UHGV virus genome: UHGV-1738303
Source of the DNA: a virus
Length of the DNA: 14,725 nucleotides
Reading direction: 5' to 3' (one strand)
The stretch's first letter is position 1. The number at the start of each line of letters is the position of its first letter. Under the pieces are notes generated by a model. It did not search any database. It saw nothing but the letters and a program-made list of their open reading frames with translations, and was not told the origin of the DNA. This document shows positions 8,710 to 14,725 of the stretch, in pieces. The translations under genes were made by a program, and so were the position numbers.

Positions 8710-9101
8710 TTAAGTTGAACAAAAAACAGTTAGAGTGGATTAAAGATTATGCCTCAGAGTGTGGCTCTTGCGAAAAGAATCACGTAAGATATTCAACATT
8801 CCATACGACCTTCACATTGTACATCAGCGACAACGTTCTAAGTGATTCTGTAGAAGATGGTGTAGCATTGCCTAATGAATTGCTTGACAAATTAGCTGTA
8901 GTCACTGGAACTTGGTCTGAAGAAGACGGTCATGAACTATCTAACGATGTTGTTTTCTACAGTCTTGAAAATATTATGAATCCAGAGTACATTATGCTAA
9001 TGACTTGCGCACAAGATTGTGTACCATTACAAAACTTCATTAAAGAACACTGTGAAGAATTTATTACTAAACAGGTTCCTTGTCAGGTGGTGTTTGAATG
9101 A
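8706..9101 (+). CDS. Hypothetical protein, Cys-containing
   Basis: 131 aa; CGSCEKNH and later CAQDC / HCEE / PCQ residues could form a metal site; ATGA overlap at both ends indicates translational coupling. Confidence 0.5.
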   Translation: MIKLNKKQLEWIKDYASECGSCEKNHVRYSTFHTTFTLYISDNVLSDSVEDGVALPNELLDKLAVVTGTWSEEDGHELSNDVVFYSLENIMNPEYIMLMTCAQDCVPLQNFIKEHCEEFITKQVPCQVVFE

Positions 9102-9397
9102 GTAAAACAATTCGAAGAAAAGGTTTAAAGAACGTTCATGGACTCTATGAGTGGAGAAATGAGGTACGTAACAGAGAAAATGCTTCAGATGTCTACTTCC
9201 ATTCTGATATGATGTCCAGAAAAGGTGGCTCTTATGACTTTACAAGTCAACCTTGTAGGGAGATTAAGAAGGCTACTAAACGTCTTACAAGAACACAAAT
9301 CAGGCAGCTTTCTAAGACATCCTTCTTAGATGAAGACTTTGACATTGATAGCAAGTCTCCAAAGAAAGCTGCTAAGAACACTTATATGTATTGGTGA
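9098..9397 (+). CDS. Hypothetical protein, basic
   Basis: 99 aa, Lys/Arg-rich; start overlaps the previous stop (ATGA). Confidence 0.5.
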   Translation: MSKTIRRKGLKNVHGLYEWRNEVRNRENASDVYFHSDMMSRKGGSYDFTSQPCREIKKATKRLTRTQIRQLSKTSFLDEDFDIDSKSPKKAAKNTYMYW

Positions 9398-9406
9398 GGT
9401 AACTAG

Positions 9407-9892
9407 ATGAATTACATGGAGATTCGACCATTTGACACAGCTAATGGTGAAGGGGTTCGTGTAAGCCTCTTCGTAGCTGGTTGTAAGCATCACTGTGAAG
9501 GTTGTTTTAACAGGGAGTCTTGGAAGTTTAATGCTGGTAAAGAGTTCACTTATGCAAACCTTTATGGCATCATTAAGTTAATGGATGATAATGCCATCAG
9601 TGGGCTGTCAATACTTGGTGGAGAACCTCTGGATGATAGAAACATTCAAGAGGTTACCAACATATGCAAACGTATTAAAACCGTTTACCCAGAAAAATCT
9701 ATCTGGCTCTGGACAGGTTTTCAGTTACATGAAAAAATTCACCTTGATGTGATGAAATATGTTGACGTGGTGATTGATGGTAAGTATGATTCGTCTAAAC
9801 CAACAGTTAAACCATATCGTGGTTCTGATAACCAAAACCTCTGGAGAAAAGAGTACGGATGGCAAGGTGATTGTCAGTGGAGAGCAGAGTGA
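9407..9892 (+). CDS. nrdG: Anaerobic ribonucleotide reductase activating protein (radical SAM)
   Basis: 161 aa; radical-SAM cluster motif CKHHCEGC (CX3CX2C) in SLFVAGCKHHCEGCFN; glycine-rich SAM motif LGGEPL; size and order match NrdG. GGTGAGG 7 nt upstream of the ATG. Confidence 0.9.
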   Translation: MNYMEIRPFDTANGEGVRVSLFVAGCKHHCEGCFNRESWKFNAGKEFTYANLYGIIKLMDDNAISGLSILGGEPLDDRNIQEVTNICKRIKTVYPEKSIWLWTGFQLHEKIHLDVMKYVDVVIDGKYDSSKPTVKPYRGSDNQNLWRKEYGWQGDCQWRAE

Positions 9893-9988
9893 TTATTCTG
9901 GCAAATGGACTAAGGTATAACTCCAATTGGTATCACTGAAGAAGAACTTCATAAGTTCTGTATTAAACTTTAATGAGAGAGACTAAAA

Positions 9989-10255
9989 ATGGGAATTTTA
10001 GGTAATATGAAAGCTGGATTCTTGAAGGCATTGGCAAAAGCAGCAGCAATTGTTTCTATGACTGGAAAGCAGGTCGGTGTAGATGCTTCAGCGGTTGCAC
10101 AGGTTCTTACAAGCCAAATTGAACAGCAGCCTTACATCTACGTAGGGCGTGGTAAAGGTGGTAAGAAACAAGCCCACCGCCAATCTGGTGCAGCAGCTAT
10201 TAAACGAGCAGCTAAGAAAGCTCGTAACCGTAAACGTAATAAGAAGGCTAAATAA
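9989..10255 (+). CDS. Hypothetical small basic protein (amphipathic helix plus Lys/Arg-rich tail)
   Basis: 88 aa; N-terminal GFLKALAKAAAIVSM amphipathic segment and C-terminal KRAAKKARNRKRNKKAK; TGAGAGAGA motif 7 nt upstream of the ATG. Confidence 0.5.
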   Translation: MGILGNMKAGFLKALAKAAAIVSMTGKQVGVDASAVAQVLTSQIEQQPYIYVGRGKGGKKQAHRQSGAAAIKRAAKKARNRKRNKKAK

Positions 10256-10257
10256 TC

Positions 10258-10578
10258 ATGAGCAAAGTTTATAACACTCGTAAATTACAGATTTTCTTAC
10301 TGTGCCAGTTTATGGCTAGAGAGCATAACTCCTACTATTGTGGTACAGGATTCATTAGTGATAATGATGGCTCATATCTCCCATTCAAAGAGGCTGTAAA
10401 ACTCTTCAATGAAGAGAAAAGCTCTGAGAAAGATATTGAAAAGGTTAAATTAACCTATAGTAAGAAAGACAAGAAGATTATCTGCCTAGATAACTTTGTG
10501 AAAGTTACCAAAGAAACTAAAGAGTTAATGGAAGAAAGTGAAATTCCATTCACAAGAATCTTGAAAGTAGCTCAGTAA
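10258..10578 (+). CDS. Hypothetical protein
   Basis: 106-codon ORF starting 2 nt after the previous stop; followed by a terminator hairpin. Confidence 0.45.
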   Translation: MSKVYNTRKLQIFLLCQFMAREHNSYYCGTGFISDNDGSYLPFKEAVKLFNEEKSSEKDIEKVKLTYSKKDKKIICLDNFVKVTKETKELMEESEIPFTRILKVAQ

Positions 10579-10590
10579 GCAGATACTATA

Positions 10591-10620
10591 AGGGAACTGT
10601 AAAGGTTCCCTTTTTATTTT
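10591..10620 (+). terminator. Intrinsic terminator hairpin
   Basis: AGGGAAC (10591-10597) / tgtaaag / GTTCCCT (10605-10611), followed by TTTTTATTTT. Confidence 0.65.
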
Positions 10621-10629
10621 GGAGATAAC

Positions 10630-11145
10630 ATGTATCTGTCAAACCTGAAACGTTCTGCTGCAATGTCAGTGTTAAGACTCAGTTTTGATGAGCGTCAAGA
10701 GTTTATAGACTCCCACAAATATGACCCTTCAAATTCTAATCACATGGTTCTTTGGAATCGTGATAACTTCCGTGAAAGAGCACTTGTCCGTTATTACCCA
10801 CACTACACAATAGATAACCTGTATGAATGGTGTGTTGTGAAGAACACCATTGCAACACTGAACAATCTTTGCAGGTATACGGGTAAGCAAACATTTACAT
10901 TAGGTCATCACAAACCTGTTACAAAAGGTGGTGAACATCACTGTGCAAACTGGTTTATCCAAACTAAAGCTGATAACCAGAAGCAAGGAGATAGCCTCCT
11001 AAGTATCCCTAAGATGACCTATGAAGAGCAAGAGAAATATATCAAAAATAATATGCCAGATGTGCTTGACAACAACTATACAGATTTGGCAATATCTCTC
11101 CTGTTGAAGTTCGAGACAGTTTATAGGGCAACTTATAATGGCTAA
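10630..11145 (+). CDS. HNH-family endonuclease (possible free-standing homing endonuclease)
   Basis: 171 aa; HNH-like core CRYTGKQTFTLGHHKPVTKGGEHHCANWFIQTKADNQKQGD (His-His pair, GG, Asn ... Asn); GGAGA 4 nt upstream of the ATG. Confidence 0.65.
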   Translation: MYLSNLKRSAAMSVLRLSFDERQEFIDSHKYDPSNSNHMVLWNRDNFRERALVRYYPHYTIDNLYEWCVVKNTIATLNNLCRYTGKQTFTLGHHKPVTKGGEHHCANWFIQTKADNQKQGDSLLSIPKMTYEEQEKYIKNNMPDVLDNNYTDLAISLLLKFETVYRATYNG

Positions 11146-11416
11146 AGAAAAGTGGGAGATTTTACCATTAGTCAGTGAAGGAGGTAATGGTTGTGAAATG
11201 TACATGATACGTGGTCATGTTCCAGAGCCAATTGCACTTGAGATGGTAAACAACTTTACAGATGGTTCTTACAAAGACTTAGGCGAACCAACTGTCAAGC
11301 AACAATGGGTTAAACCTGTACCAGACAGCACAGGTAACTGTAGTGTACTTTATCACGTTGTAGACCCTGCAAAATGCAAATCTGCAATGGCAGTAACAAA
11401 CGTAACTTTTGATTGA
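11138..11416 (+). CDS. Hypothetical protein
   Basis: 92-codon ORF overlapping the HNH stop by 8 nt; its TGA stop forms part of the TGAGAGAGA motif preceding the next gene. Confidence 0.45.
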   Translation: MAKEKWEILPLVSEGGNGCEMYMIRGHVPEPIALEMVNNFTDGSYKDLGEPTVKQQWVKPVPDSTGNCSVLYHVVDPAKCKSAMAVTNVTFD

Positions 11417-11427
11417 GAGAGAAAACT

Positions 11428-12309
11428 ATGAAAACATCTATCCGTGTTACAGTTCATTCACCAACTAAAGGAACTCATGAAGAAGAGTTTAACATCATCC
11501 AATTTCCTTCTGGTGAGATTGGTGGACACTTTTCGCCAGAGTTTGTTGATTTCACTGCTTATGCAGCATCATCCATCAACAATGTGATTATGATTGTAAA
11601 AGGTTATGATAAGGATACATTGTTTGCTGTGGCACTTGCTAAAGAAGCAATTGATGATTTAATTCCTCATGATTATGCTTTAAAGACTGTCATCTTTTAC
11701 TACTTACCAAATGCACGTTATGACCGTCACATGTTTAAAGGCGACGCAGCAGCTTTAAAGGTTTTTGCTAAACAGGTAAATGCAATGGGATTTGGTGCAG
11801 TCTGTGCAGTTGACCCTCACAGTTACGTTCCAGATAACCTGTTTAACTGCTTCCAGAGTATTCCTCAAAAGGAGATTGCAGTCCACTATGCAAATGACCC
11901 ACTGGTTGATTACTTAGTAGCCCCAGATGCAGGTGCTGCTAAGAAGGTTGCAGAGACCGCTAAAGAGGTGGATAAACCATATATCACAATGTCTAAGGTG
12001 CGTAACCTTAAGACTGGTGAAATTACTGGTATGCGAATCCTTGATGATGTTGATTTGACAGATAAAACCGTCATGATTCTGGATGATATCTGTGATGGTG
12101 GTCGAACCTTCATAGAAGCAGCTAAGCATCTTCGTGAAGCAGGTGCAAAACGTGTGGAACTCTATGTAACACATGGTATCTTCTCTAAAGATGTTGAAAA
12201 CCTTCTTGACAATGGCATTGACCACATCTACACTACAAACTCTTTAGGGGAAGCTAAAGACCGTGGCTTAACACATTATGGTCAAGTTACTGTAGCAAAC
12301 CTTGATTGA
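11428..12309 (+). CDS. Ribose-phosphate pyrophosphokinase (Prs) family protein, divergent; candidate ADP-ribose pyrophosphokinase (Adps-like) of an NAD+ reconstitution pathway
   Basis: 293 aa from the ATG at 11428 (track TTG at 11413 rejected). Prs-family blocks: YLPNARYDR (cf. PYFGYARQDR), VDPHS (cf. VDLHA), VAPDAGAAKKVAETAK, VMILDDICDGGRTFIEAAKHLREAGAKRVELYVTHGIFS (cf. [38 protein letters not shown]). The ribose-5-phosphate loop reads DGGRT rather than canonical DTGGT, and the GFFD motif is missing. Confidence 0.85.
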   Translation: MKTSIRVTVHSPTKGTHEEEFNIIQFPSGEIGGHFSPEFVDFTAYAASSINNVIMIVKGYDKDTLFAVALAKEAIDDLIPHDYALKTVIFYYLPNARYDRHMFKGDAAALKVFAKQVNAMGFGAVCAVDPHSYVPDNLFNCFQSIPQKEIAVHYANDPLVDYLVAPDAGAAKKVAETAKEVDKPYITMSKVRNLKTGEITGMRILDDVDLTDKTVMILDDICDGGRTFIEAAKHLREAGAKRVELYVTHGIFSKDVENLLDNGIDHIYTTNSLGEAKDRGLTHYGQVTVANLD

Positions 12310-12318
12310 AACTTTATA

Positions 12319-12339
12319 GGGGCTTAAAAGCCCCATTTT
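12319..12339 (+). terminator. Hairpin (weak intrinsic terminator) between the Prs-like and NAMPT-like genes
   Basis: GGGGCT (12319-12324) / taaa / AGCCCC (12329-12334), followed by ATTTT. Confidence 0.5.
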
Positions 12340-12354
12340 GAGAGAGATTAAAAG

Positions 12355-14136
12355 ATGACTAAATCACTTTATGCAGTACCAGCAGGTTTAAATGCAGATG
12401 CTTACAAATCTGGTCATGTTTACCAGTATCCTAGCGCAACAGAGTACTTGATGTTCAATCTGACACCACGTAGCGACAAATGGTTTAACAGCCCCTTAGC
12501 AATTGACGGTGTAGTAGCTTTTGGTATTCAACGTTTTGTTAAAGATTACTTGATAGACCACTGGAATGCCACTTTCTTTGAACGTGATAAAAAAGAAGCA
12601 ATTGACGAAATCTTAGAAGTCATGAATGGTGTTCTGGGTAAAGATGCTATAGGTCGAGAGCATTGGGAAGCACTTCACGACTTAGGCTATCTACCAGTTG
12701 AAGTATACGCTGTAGAAGAAGGCACAGTTGTCCCTATGCGTGTTCCGATGATTGTTTTCCAGAACACTGTTTCAGGTTTCCATTGGGTAGCAGGTTATCT
12801 GGAAGATGCTTTCTCTGCTGAGATTTGGAAGGCTTGTACCATTGCAACTATTGCATTGCACTACAAACGTATCTGTAAGAAGTGGGCTGACCTTACTTGT
12901 GACAACGACTTGCATTTACCTTATCAGTGCCATGACTTTGCTATGCGTGGTATGTCCGGCTTTACTGATGACGCATTTAACGCTGTAGGCCACTTAACCA
13001 GCTTTAAAGGAACTGATAGCTTTCCTGCTGTGTATACGGCTAAACGAATCTATGGACAGTCCTACCCAATCTCTGATATTGGTAGCTCTGTACCAGCCAC
13101 TGAGCACTCTGTAATGTGTGCAAACATTGCTTGGGAAGGTGGTAATGAGTTGATTGAAGAAGAAAGACGCTTTAAAGGTGAGTTACAAACCTTCCGTCGT
13201 TTCTTAACAGAAACTTACCCAACGGGTATTGCAAGTATTGTTTCAGATACTTATAACTTCTGGAGAACTGTGTCAGAAATCTTACCAGCACTCCGTAAAG
13301 AAATTATGGAACGTGACGGTAAGCTGGTAATTCGCCCTGACTCTGGAGACCCTGTACATATTGTCACAGGTTACAAAGCAATCCACTTAGAGTGTGCTAA
13401 AAAGGCTTATTACGAGCACCTAAGCAAGCTAGAGGCAAGTGATACAATGCTGAACTCTGTCCTGAACATGAAGCTTGAAAACATTAACTATGGTATTGCT
13501 GGATGGCTACTGTCAGAAGGCTACGAAATGGTTGTTGACAGAGAAGACTTTGAAGTTGCTGATACGGTGATGTTGAAGAATGCTTATATGGTTGGTTCTG
13601 CAAACGTTGTAACACGTCCTGTAGCTGAGATTGATGGGGCTATTAAGACACTGTATAACATCTTTGGAGGAACTATCAACTCTAAAGGTTTTAAAGTACT
13701 GGATGAGCATATCGGGCTTATTTATGGCGACTCTATCACGTTGGAACGTGCAAACGAAATACTGAAGCGTTTGTATGAAATGGGTTTTGCAAGCTCTAAC
13801 GTAGTGTTTGGTGTAGGTTCTTACACTTACCAGTACATGACTCGTGACACCTTTGCATTTGCTGTCAAAGCAACTCTTGCAAGCATTGGTGGTAAAGAGA
13901 TTATGCTTGCAAAAGACCCTAAAACAGATAGTGGTGTTAAGAAGTCTGCTTTTGGTGGTGTAGCACCTATGTGGGATGGTGAAAATCTGAAAGCTGTAGA
14001 TGGCTATGGGTTCCAGAGCTTTGCAGATGCACTTGAACACCCAGCTTGTGCTTTGCGTCTAGTCTTTAGCGACTCTGAGCAGTTCGGTTACACAACTCTT
14101 GGTGATATTCGAAATAATATTGACAAGCAGCTTTAA
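12355..14136 (+). CDS. Nicotinamide phosphoribosyltransferase (NAMPT/NadV) family protein, long form; candidate nicotinamide ADP-ribose transferase (Namat-like)
   Basis: 593 aa; NAMPT blocks LNADAYKSGH (cf. LATDSYKVTH), HDFAMRG (cf. HDFGYRG), SFKGTDS (cf. NFKGTDT), VPATEHS (cf. VPAAEHS), IVSDTYN (cf. VVSDSYD), VIRPDSGDP (cf. IIRPDSGNP), LIYGDSI, FGVGS. About 100 extra residues relative to typical 470-495 aa NAMPTs, apparently inserted between the RPDSGDP and GD motifs. Confidence 0.88.
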   Translation: MTKSLYAVPAGLNADAYKSGHVYQYPSATEYLMFNLTPRSDKWFNSPLAIDGVVAFGIQRFVKDYLIDHWNATFFERDKKEAIDEILEVMNGVLGKDAIGREHWEALHDLGYLPVEVYAVEEGTVVPMRVPMIVFQNTVSGFHWVAGYLEDAFSAEIWKACTIATIALHYKRICKKWADLTCDNDLHLPYQCHDFAMRGMSGFTDDAFNAVGHLTSFKGTDSFPAVYTAKRIYGQSYPISDIGSSVPATEHSVMCANIAWEGGNELIEEERRFKGELQTFRRFLTETYPTGIASIVSDTYNFWRTVSEILPALRKEIMERDGKLVIRPDSGDPVHIVTGYKAIHLECAKKAYYEHLSKLEASDTMLNSVLNMKLENINYGIAGWLLSEGYEMVVDREDFEVADTVMLKNAYMVGSANVVTRPVAEIDGAIKTLYNIFGGTINSKGFKVLDEHIGLIYGDSITLERANEILKRLYEMGFASSNVVFGVGSYTYQYMTRDTFAFAVKATLASIGGKEIMLAKDPKTDSGVKKSAFGGVAPMWDGENLKAVDGYGFQSFADALEHPACALRLVFSDSEQFGYTTLGDIRNNIDKQL

Positions 14137-14150
14137 AAGTATATGATAAG

Positions 14151-14175
14151 AGGCTCCTACGGGAGCCTTTTTAAT
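14151..14175 (+). terminator. Intrinsic terminator hairpin after the NAMPT-like gene
   Basis: GAGGCTCC (14151-14158) / tacg / GGAGCCT (14163-14169), followed by TTTTT; the stem is the arm-swapped relative of the hairpin at 2062-2080. Confidence 0.65.
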
Positions 14176-14190
14176 TTCTGGAGAAAACTA

Positions 14191-14725
14191 TGAAAATCAA
14201 AGAGATGAACATTAACGTTGTCCTAGAAGAACGTTGGGAAAACATTAAGAAACCTGAAAATGGTCATAAATTCCTTAACAAAATTTTAGTAGCAGCTAAA
14301 GAAGAACTAACGGGTAAGGTTGCAGCAGCAATCACAATAAAGGTTTGTGTAAAGGGTCTTTCAGACAATCACCAATTTGCACTTGACGAGTTTAAAGAAA
14401 GGGCAGTTATTCGTGAACTGTCATGTAACGCAGTAGATGCTCAGAAAGAAGCTGGAAAAGAGAACATCCCATTCCATGTGCATTTACCTACTCGTTTTGA
14501 GCCTTACTTTGAAGTTCGTGATTTTGGAACTGGATTAACTCATGACAAAGTTATGAGCTTGTACCTAAACTACGGGGCTTCTACAAAGAATGACTCCAAT
14601 GACTACATTGGTGCAATGGGTATCGGCTCAAAGTCACCATTTGCAATTGCTCAGTCATTCACAGTATCTAGCTATGTTGATGGTGTTGTTAATAAGTACT
14701 CTGTTTACCTTGAGAATGGTATCCC
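14191..14725 (+). CDS. rIIA: rIIA-like protein, N-terminal GHKL/Bergerat ATPase-like domain (3' end beyond the window)
   Basis: GGAGAAA 5 nt upstream of the ATG at 14191; frame open to the window end. Motifs IRELSCNAVDAQ, FEVRDFGTGL and DYIGAMGIGSKSPF match the N-box and G-boxes as I recall them in the T4 rIIA N-terminal domain (recalled, not aligned). Confidence 0.75.

Noticed and set aside
11428-12309. Calling the Prs-like gene a housekeeping PRPP synthetase (prs) outright
   Set aside because: Family membership is clear, but the substrate-loop deviations and the adjacent NAMPT-like gene make a non-canonical substrate plausible; the gene symbol is left blank rather than asserting prs or adps.
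468-14040. Minus-strand ORFs from the six-frame track (468-665, 670-891, 1004-1186, 5927-6112, 7025-7207, 7560-7778, 10999-11205, 11910-12113, 11914-12225, 13513-14040)
   Set aside because: Each lies antisense and fully inside a + strand gene; those spanning nrdA-region genes, nrdD, the HNH, Prs-like and NAMPT-like genes are excluded by strong motif support on the + strand. They have no SD-like sequences, and their translations are low-complexity (Ser/Cys/Ile-rich), as expected for antisense frames of AT-rich coding DNA.
1-14725. tRNA genes, CRISPR arrays, tandem repeats or transposon ends
   Set aside because: Intergenic spacers are all under 100 bp and are accounted for by hairpins and RBSs; no direct repeat-spacer periodicity or long terminal inverted repeats were seen. 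Manual inspection only, so short elements inside coding regions cannot be fully excluded.

Overview
This window reads as a tightly packed block of a large virulent T4-like phage genome: every supported gene is on the + strand, composition is AT-rich, and the last gene is an rIIA homolog. All calls come from reading the six-frame translations and the DNA by eye; no database search was run. The core is a complete ribonucleotide-reduction module (nrdA, nrdB, glutaredoxin-like redoxin, nrdD, nrdG; about 2.1-9.9 kb), uninterrupted by introns or inteins. The most interesting element is a two-gene cassette at 11.4-14.1 kb, bracketed by terminator hairpins: a divergent ribose-phosphate pyrophosphokinase (Prs) homolog followed by an unusually long NAMPT-family phosphoribosyltransferase. 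I interpret it as a phage NAD+ reconstitution or salvage module, most likely the NARP1 type (Adps + Namat) that counters NAD-depleting host immunity; this is inference from family membership and gene pairing. Also present are an HNH endonuclease ORF, about a dozen small unknown ORFs, six to seven intrinsic-terminator-like hairpins placed directly before ribosome-binding sites, and a recurring TGAGAGAGA motif upstream of start codons. No tRNA, rRNA, CRISPR array or tandem repeat was seen.
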